A stretch of 24,000 nt of DNA. It comes from Candidatus Scatosoma sp. Its GTDB lineage: Bacteria; Bacillota; Clostridia; Christensenellales; Borkfalkiaceae. The position numbers were made by a program, and so were the translations under genes. Positions 17,771-24,000 of this stretch are shown here, piece after piece. Under the pieces are notes generated by a model. That model was not told where the DNA came from, did no database searches, and worked only from the letters and a program-made list of their open reading frames with translations. The number at the start of each line of letters is the position of its first letter. Position 1 is the first letter of the stretch. The stretch lies in contig JAZRFV010000084.1 in assembly GCA_045643825.1 (NCBI GenBank), positions 47,946 to 71,945 on the forward strand, in the 5' to 3' direction.

Positions 17771-19447
17771 ATGAAAACAAAAGCAAATAACAAAGGAAAA
17801 ATTTGGTTAAAAAAAGAGACGAGACCTTACCGCTCGTCTATCCTTTTTTTGACGAGTCTTGCCGTCTTTACGACGGTATTTTCCATTTTATTTGCGTACA
17901 TGGTGCGTTATCTCATTAATAGCGCATCGAATAAAGAAACGGAAAAACTGTGGCTTTTTGCTGGTTTACTTTTAGGATTTTTGCTTTTAAAAATTGTCTT
18001 GAAGGTAATGCGTGGCTATTTCTCGGAAAAGGCAAATGCAAAGATGACTGCAGGGCTTCGTACTCGTTTATATGGTAAAATATTGCGCTCTGATTACGCG
18101 GCAGTACAGCAATATCACAGCGGAGACTTAATCACTCGTTTAACCACCGACATTAATGAGGTTTCTGCGTATTCTGTTTCCTTATTACCTGCGGTTGTGG
18201 CTATGGCAATGCAATGCGTTGGATCTATTGTGGCTCTTTTGACGATTGATCCGTTATTTACCGCTATTTATGTGTTCGCAGGGGTAATATTTGCCGCTAT
18301 CACGATGTTTTTTAGAAAGCAATTGAAAAAGCATCATAAAGAGGTGATGTCGGCGGATGCGGAATCCCGTTCGTATATGCAGGAAAGTATTTCCTCACTT
18401 TTGACCGTAAAGGCTTATGGGGTTGAGGGGAAGAGCACGGATAAAGCGGAGGACTTCGCACAAAGCTATTATCAAAAGCGTATGAAACGCAACGGCTTGC
18501 GCGCAGGGATGAATGCAATTTTCTCGCTTTTGAGTAATTTTGGCTTAATTTTTGCCGTTGTATGGTGCAGTGTAAGTATATTGTACGGTAGAACGACTGA
18601 CTACGGTTCGATTTTGTCGGCAATTCTACTATTGATGCAGTTGCAATCGCCTCTTTCTTCATTCTCGACGATACCACCTGCGTACTATGCTCGCATAGCG
18701 AGTGGCGAGCGTTTGGCTGAAATTGAAGATATCACCGTAGAAATAACGGAAGAAGAAGGTGACGGACAGACAATTTACGAAAACCTTGCGAATATTTCCT
18801 TTAAAAACCTTGCGTTTACGTATGGTCGAGAGGAAATTTTAAGCGATATGTCGGCGCAAATTAATAAAGGTGAAATCGTTTGCTTAACGGGGCCGTCGGG
18901 CGCAGGGAAAAGCACAATATTCAAACTTTTACTGCAAGTGTATCAACCGACGTCGGGGAGTATGGTTTTGCAGATGCAAGAAGGTGAAAGCCCTTTAACA
19001 GCAAAAGAAAGAGATTTGTTTGCTTATGTCCCGCAGGGGAATTTCCTTTTCTCGGGTACAATTTATGAAAATCTTGCATTTTTCTCAAAAGAGACAAATT
19101 TGGAAGTATTAAAGGAAAAAATGCTCTCTTGCATAAAGACGGCTTGTGCAGAATTTGTTTTTGAGCTCCCTCAAGGTCTTGACACTGTTTTATCGGAAGG
19201 TGGCGCAGGTTTGTCGGAAGGGCAATTACAACGCTTGGCTGTGGCAAGGGCATTGCTTTCGGAACGTCCTATTTTGTTGTTAGACGAAGCGACCAGCGCG
19301 TTGGACGCAGATACGGAAAAACGTTTGATTGAAAATATTGCAAATCTCAACAATAAAACCTGCATATTGGTTACCCATCGACCTAAAGCGTTGGAGGTTG
19401 CCGATAAGGTTTTGCATATTGAAAACGGAAAAGTAACACAAAAATAA
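17771..19447 (+). CDS. ABC transporter, fused permease/ATP-binding (exporter type)
   Basis: N-terminal TM domain, GPSGAGKSTIFKLLLQ, LSEGQLQRLAVARALLS, ILLLDEATSALD. Confidence 0.92.
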   Translation: MKTKANNKGKIWLKKETRPYRSSILFLTSLAVFTTVFSILFAYMVRYLINSASNKETEKLWLFAGLLLGFLLLKIVLKVMRGYFSEKANAKMTAGLRTRLYGKILRSDYAAVQQYHSGDLITRLTTDINEVSAYSVSLLPAVVAMAMQCVGSIVALLTIDPLFTAIYVFAGVIFAAITMFFRKQLKKHHKEVMSADAESRSYMQESISSLLTVKAYGVEGKSTDKAEDFAQSYYQKRMKRNGLRAGMNAIFSLLSNFGLIFAVVWCSVSILYGRTTDYGSILSAILLLMQLQSPLSSFSTIPPAYYARIASGERLAEIEDITVEITEEEGDGQTIYENLANISFKNLAFTYGREEILSDMSAQINKGEIVCLTGPSGAGKSTIFKLLLQVYQPTSGSMVLQMQEGESPLTAKERDLFAYVPQGNFLFSGTIYENLAFFSKETNLEVLKEKMLSCIKTACAEFVFELPQGLDTVLSEGGAGLSEGQLQRLAVARALLSERPILLLDEATSALDADTEKRLIENIANLNNKTCILVTHRPKALEVADKVLHIENGKVTQK

Positions 19448-19469
19448 GAAGGACCGAAAGGTCCTTCTT
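19446..19469 (+). terminator. Intrinsic terminator closing the ABC exporter cassette
   Basis: AAGAAGGACC-gaaa-GGTCCTTCTT followed by T/C. Confidence 0.8.
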
Positions 19470-19525
19470 TCATAGGGATAAAATTAAATATATATTATTT
19501 ATCATTTTATTTTGGAGTAATAAAA

Positions 19526-20167
19526 ATGAAAACCTATCTATTCGATTTTGATGGTACGCTCGTTGATTCGATGCCATCTTTTATCGCCGGAGTCCTTAAA
19601 GAATTAGATAAAAATAATTGTCGATATAATGACGATATAATAAAAATAATAACGCCTTTGGGTTTTGCGGGTACGGCTGATTATTTTATTAAAACTTTCG
19701 GTTTGGATATGAGTATTGAAGACCTCGTTTCGGCTTTTAAAAATAATATTGCCAATGATTATTTTTACAATATACCGGCAAAAAGCAATGTTGTGAGGGT
19801 TTTAAAGCAATTGAAAGATGAGGGGGCAAGTCTAAATGTTTTAACTGCAAGTCCTCACGTTACCCTTGACGCGTGCTTAAAAAGATTAAAAATATTTGAT
19901 TTATTTGATAACGTATGGTCGTGTGACGACTTTGCAACGACAAAAGCAAATCCTGAAATTTATAAATGGGTGGCACAAAAGCTTAACGTAAACGTGAAAG
20001 ACGTGTTGTTTTTAGACGACAATATCAATGCTAATTTGACGGCAAAGACAGCAGGAATGATGGTGTGTGGTGTTTTTGATGAATCTTCTGCCGATTATAT
20101 AGAACAAATGAAAGCCGCATGCGATTTCTATATTTATGACTTTGAGGAATTATTAAACATAAAATAG
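19526..20167 (+). CDS. HAD-superfamily hydrolase (phosphoglycolate-phosphatase-like)
   Basis: DFDGTLVDSMPSF motif I, LTASPH motif II, LFLDDNINANLTAKTAGM motif IV. Confidence 0.9.
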   Translation: MKTYLFDFDGTLVDSMPSFIAGVLKELDKNNCRYNDDIIKIITPLGFAGTADYFIKTFGLDMSIEDLVSAFKNNIANDYFYNIPAKSNVVRVLKQLKDEGASLNVLTASPHVTLDACLKRLKIFDLFDNVWSCDDFATTKANPEIYKWVAQKLNVNVKDVLFLDDNINANLTAKTAGMMVCGVFDESSADYIEQMKAACDFYIYDFEELLNIK

Positions 20168-20182
20168 ATAGTTGACATAAAG

Positions 20183-20211
20183 AAAGACTAACGAGCATTT
20201 CGTTAGTCTTT
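20183..20211. terminator. Intrinsic terminator after the HAD gene
   Basis: AAAGACTAACGA-gcatt-TCGTTAGTCTTT, perfect 12-bp stem between convergent genes. Confidence 0.85.
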
Positions 20212-20255
20212 TAAACTGCTTTAAATATAATTTGAAGGGCTTTTAGACGCCTTTT

Positions 20256-21143
20256 TTATTTTATGCTGTTTCTATATTCGCTCGGGCTCATACCAACGTG
20301 TTTTTTGAAGGCGTAGGCAAAGGTGGAGATGGAGTCGAAACATAATAGATCAACGATTTCTACGAAAGATCGTTTTTTTCGTATCAGCTTTTTTGCTTCG
20401 TCAATTTTTAATTTTAAATAGGTTTGATAGATGGTTTTTCCTGTTTTTTCACGGAAAAAGGTGCAAAGCCTCGTCGTGCCATAGTGCAATTCCGCACTTA
20501 AATCGCTCAATTGAAAACGTCCATATATTTTTGAGGTTAAAATGCGGACGATTTCGTCCTGAAGCTCGGTAGAATCGGCGATTTTTGATACGAAAAACTC
20601 TTGTGAGGAGGAACGCTTTTCTGCTGTTCGGAGTAGGTAAATCAGCAAGGTTTCTAAATTGTTTTTGATAATTTGCTCGCCACCGAGATTAGGGTTATCC
20701 TTTAATTTTAATACGTTCAGGTTGGGATCAAAATCGGGCAACTCAAAGGTGTCCGCTGCCTCCGACATAATATTTTGTAGAAGGTATCGATAATTTTCAG
20801 GCACAGGTATTTTCTTGTCTGCAAAGAAATTCATCGATTCTGAACGGCAGGAAAAGGAAATAATAAAGAGGTTAGGCTCTTTATTTCCGCTCTCCGTAAA
20901 ATGCGGCTGATTGGGTTTTATGAAAAGCATTTCACCTTGTTTCAACTCAATCTTTTTTCCGTCGATACCAATAAAAACGTTTTCTTTATCTGCATAGTTA
21001 ATTTCCCAAAAGTCGTGCACTTCCTCGGGGAATACGTAGTTTTTCTCCAACGCCTGGTAATGGATTGTCGCAATCTTTTGCACGTTTAAAAGATTGGAGA
21101 TTTTATGCATATAAAATTTTTTCTTTTGCGTTTTTTGTTCCAT
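20256..21143 (-). CDS. AraC family transcriptional regulator (cupin sensor + AraC HTH)
   Basis: Cupin-like N-terminus (FWEINYADKENVFIGIDGKKIELKQGEMLFIKPNQPH) and C-terminal AraC HTH (STFAYAFKKHVGMSPSEYRNS). Confidence 0.92.
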   Translation of the reverse strand: MEQKTQKKKFYMHKISNLLNVQKIATIHYQALEKNYVFPEEVHDFWEINYADKENVFIGIDGKKIELKQGEMLFIKPNQPHFTESGNKEPNLFIISFSCRSESMNFFADKKIPVPENYRYLLQNIMSEAADTFELPDFDPNLNVLKLKDNPNLGGEQIIKNNLETLLIYLLRTAEKRSSSQEFFVSKIADSTELQDEIVRILTSKIYGRFQLSDLSAELHYGTTRLCTFFREKTGKTIYQTYLKLKIDEAKKLIRKKRSFVEIVDLLCFDSISTFAYAFKKHVGMSPSEYRNSIK

Positions 21144-21149
21144 ATCATC

Positions 21150-21178
21150 ATTATAGCAAACAAAAATTAAAAAGTAAA
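21150..21178 (-). promoter_or_regulatory. Predicted promoter directly abutting the AraC start codon
   Basis: Minus strand: TTTACT - 17 nt - TATAAT (extended TGCTATAAT), then 6 nt, then ATG. Confidence 0.5.
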
Positions 21179-21244
21179 CTGTTTTGAAATATTTTAATAA
21201 TATTATCCGTGAAAGAATTCCAAAGTTTTAGGAAACAATTTCTA

Positions 21245-22369
<1,125 letters not shown>

Positions 22370-22378
22370 TTGCATTAA

Positions 22379-22413
22379 AAAAACAGCGTGGTTTAGTTAA
22401 CTACGCTGTTTTT
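22379..22413. terminator. Intrinsic terminator between convergent NahK-like and TetR genes
   Basis: aaaaaCAGCGTGGtt-tagtt-aaCTACGCTGttttt, long stem with one G-T pair. Confidence 0.85.
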
Positions 22414-22417
22414 ATAT

Positions 22418-22990
22418 TTATGCGTGATGTTCGCCAATACAATCTTTGATTATTTTTACGATATCCTCTATTGGGGTATCGCAATCATTGTCAATCCATT
22501 TATACACGATGGCAATTGTCCCTTGTGTATAGAATTCTAATAAGTAAGTCTTCTTTTCTTCGGGGACATTATAATGCGAAATAGCAGGATAGAGGATGCT
22601 TGAATAGATTTTTTGATATGTTTTATTTGCTTGAAAAAGCTGTGGCTTTTGATGGACGAGCTTTAATATGTGTTTATTCCTTTTTACAAAATTGAGATAG
22701 GGGATTAAATGCTTTGAAGTGATAAGGAAGGGCTCTTTGCCTATATCTACTTGCTCAATGCCATTTTGTTTAAAGGATTTAGAAAACTCTTCATTTAACA
22801 TTTCAAGGCATTCTTCCAACAATTCATAGATATTATCGTAATGCAAATAAAAGGTAGAACGGCTTACGCCTGCTTTTTGTACAATGTCTTTTACCGTAAT
22901 AAACTCCAGATCCTTCTTTTCAAGCAAGAGTAGTAGGGCTTGGTCCATAATTCTTGCCGTTGTATAATATTTGCCTTCAGTCTTTTGCAT
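22418..22990 (-). CDS. TetR/AcrR family transcriptional regulator
   Basis: N-terminal HTH: ITVKDIVQKAGVSRSTFYLHYDNIYELLEE. Confidence 0.9.
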   Translation of the reverse strand: MQKTEGKYYTTARIMDQALLLLLEKKDLEFITVKDIVQKAGVSRSTFYLHYDNIYELLEECLEMLNEEFSKSFKQNGIEQVDIGKEPFLITSKHLIPYLNFVKRNKHILKLVHQKPQLFQANKTYQKIYSSILYPAISHYNVPEEKKTYLLEFYTQGTIAIVYKWIDNDCDTPIEDIVKIIKDCIGEHHA

Positions 22991-23693
22991 TGTTTACCTC
23001 CTTTGCGTTGTGTTTTGCCGTTTTTATTATATAAAACGAAAGAAAAATAATCAATAGTGAAATTGCACAGCCTAAACCACAAAGCACGATATACCGTAAA
23101 AGAAGGTTATCCTTGCCCCAGGTTGCCATCATTGTGTTTGCGAGGGTAAGCATGGATACGCTTGCGGTAATAAGACTGATAATTCGCAATGTTTTATACA
23201 GCAAATGCGGATGTTTTATGTATTTTATAAAATTTATGATACCAACGGCCATCGTGGAAAAGGTATAGGTCGCCAAGGCGATTACTACAATTTCATGATA
23301 TACGGTTGGGTGATGCTTGAAAATCATAGGAAAAATCAATGCGGATATCCATAAATTTAAGAATAACAACAACCATCCATACGCCATATATGCGTTGTTT
23401 TCTTGCCTTTTTGTTAGAGCTGGCCTATAAACGATAAAGTAAAATATGGTCAAGCGGAATATTGCCAAGGCAAAGAAATATACGCCCATCACGAAAAACC
23501 AATTAGAATGGTAGATTGCCCCAAGACAAAAGAGAAAAAGTGAGTAAAATATATTAAAGAGGAAAGATGCGCATAAAAAACATCTTATGCGCATATCTAC
23601 ATTTTCCTTCAATGTCCGTAATATGGAGGGGCGTTTGCGCTCTTTATTGTTCTTGTGCAATTTCATTCGCAAGACGTAAAATATCCGTTGCAT
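22977..23693 (-). CDS. Multi-pass membrane protein of unknown function (start may be ATG 23668 instead)
   Basis: Several hydrophobic segments in a coherent ORF. The 3' end overlaps the TetR gene start and the 5' end overlaps the upstream membrane-protein gene. Confidence 0.7.
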   Translation of the reverse strand: MQRIFYVLRMKLHKNNKERKRPSILRTLKENVDMRIRCFLCASFLFNIFYSLFLFCLGAIYHSNWFFVMGVYFFALAIFRLTIFYFIVYRPALTKRQENNAYMAYGWLLLFLNLWISALIFPMIFKHHPTVYHEIVVIALATYTFSTMAVGIINFIKYIKHPHLLYKTLRIISLITASVSMLTLANTMMATWGKDNLLLRYIVLCGLGCAISLLIIFLSFYIIKTAKHNAKEVNNAKD

Positions 23694-24000
23694 ACTTATT
23701 TTTCGACTTTGTCAGCATCCGTTTGTAGATAGGGTAGTTGATGGCTGTACCTAAAATACCGATGCAGCCGATGAGGATGCCAAGGGCAACCGAAAGGTTG
23801 TTTCCTGCACCAATTACTTTCATTGCAAGGCTCATGCCCGTTCCCAAAATAAGGCTGGATACAATACCAAAGGTAAAGGAAAAGATTTTTGCGGGGCTTT
23901 TAGCGCGTGCATCTAATTTTTTCAAGGCTTTTACCTTTGAGGTTTGCTTCGGAGCATATTCGTTTGCGATTTGCTCCGCGTAGATTTTGTCAGTATTCAT
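23644..24000 (-). CDS. Small two-TM membrane protein of unknown function
   Basis: 118 aa, MNTDKIYAEQIANEYAPKQTSKVKALKKLDARAKSPAKIFSFTFGIVSSLILGTGMSLAMKV.... Two hydrophobic segments. The start codon is at the window edge, so an upstream extension cannot be excluded. Confidence 0.65.
   Translation of the reverse strand: MNTDKIYAEQIANEYAPKQTSKVKALKKLDARAKSPAKIFSFTFGIVSSLILGTGMSLAMKVIGAGNNLSVALGILIGCIGILGTAINYPIYKRMLTKSKNKYATDILRLANEIAQEQ

Overview
This window looks like a mostly ordinary chromosomal segment from an uncultured-type Firmicutes/Clostridia organism. That assignment comes from protein families and sigmaA-like promoters, not from any database search. Gene order: mutS2 (5' truncated) - NodB-type polysaccharide deacetylase - M16 peptidase - AlkD-like protein - Tex - acpP - Cys/LRR-type lipoprotein - ABC-F ATPase - spo0A homolog - <groEL <groES - dCMP deaminase - cyclophilin - purB - 54-aa TM micro-ORF - HPr-kinase-like - PqqD-like - S24/S26-like peptidase - ABC exporter - HAD hydrolase - <AraC - NahK-like kinase - <TetR <membrane protein <membrane protein. 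Best leads: (1) a Spo0A homolog with an intact DNA-binding domain whose receiver has lost the phospho-accepting Asp (residue 56 is Gly), the acidic pair (residues 10/11 are Glu-Ser) and the conserved Thr, preceded by a perfect 16-bp inverted repeat next to a near-consensus promoter. (2) A tightly coupled HPr-kinase-like/PqqD-like/S24-S26-like/ABC exporter cassette that resembles the accessory part of a RiPP (lasso-like) system but has no visible cyclase or rSAM, with a 54-aa TM-anchored micro-ORF in front. (3) groEL with an in-frame TAA exactly at a conserved Glu codon (codon 58). No tRNA, rRNA, CRISPR array or mobile element was recognised.
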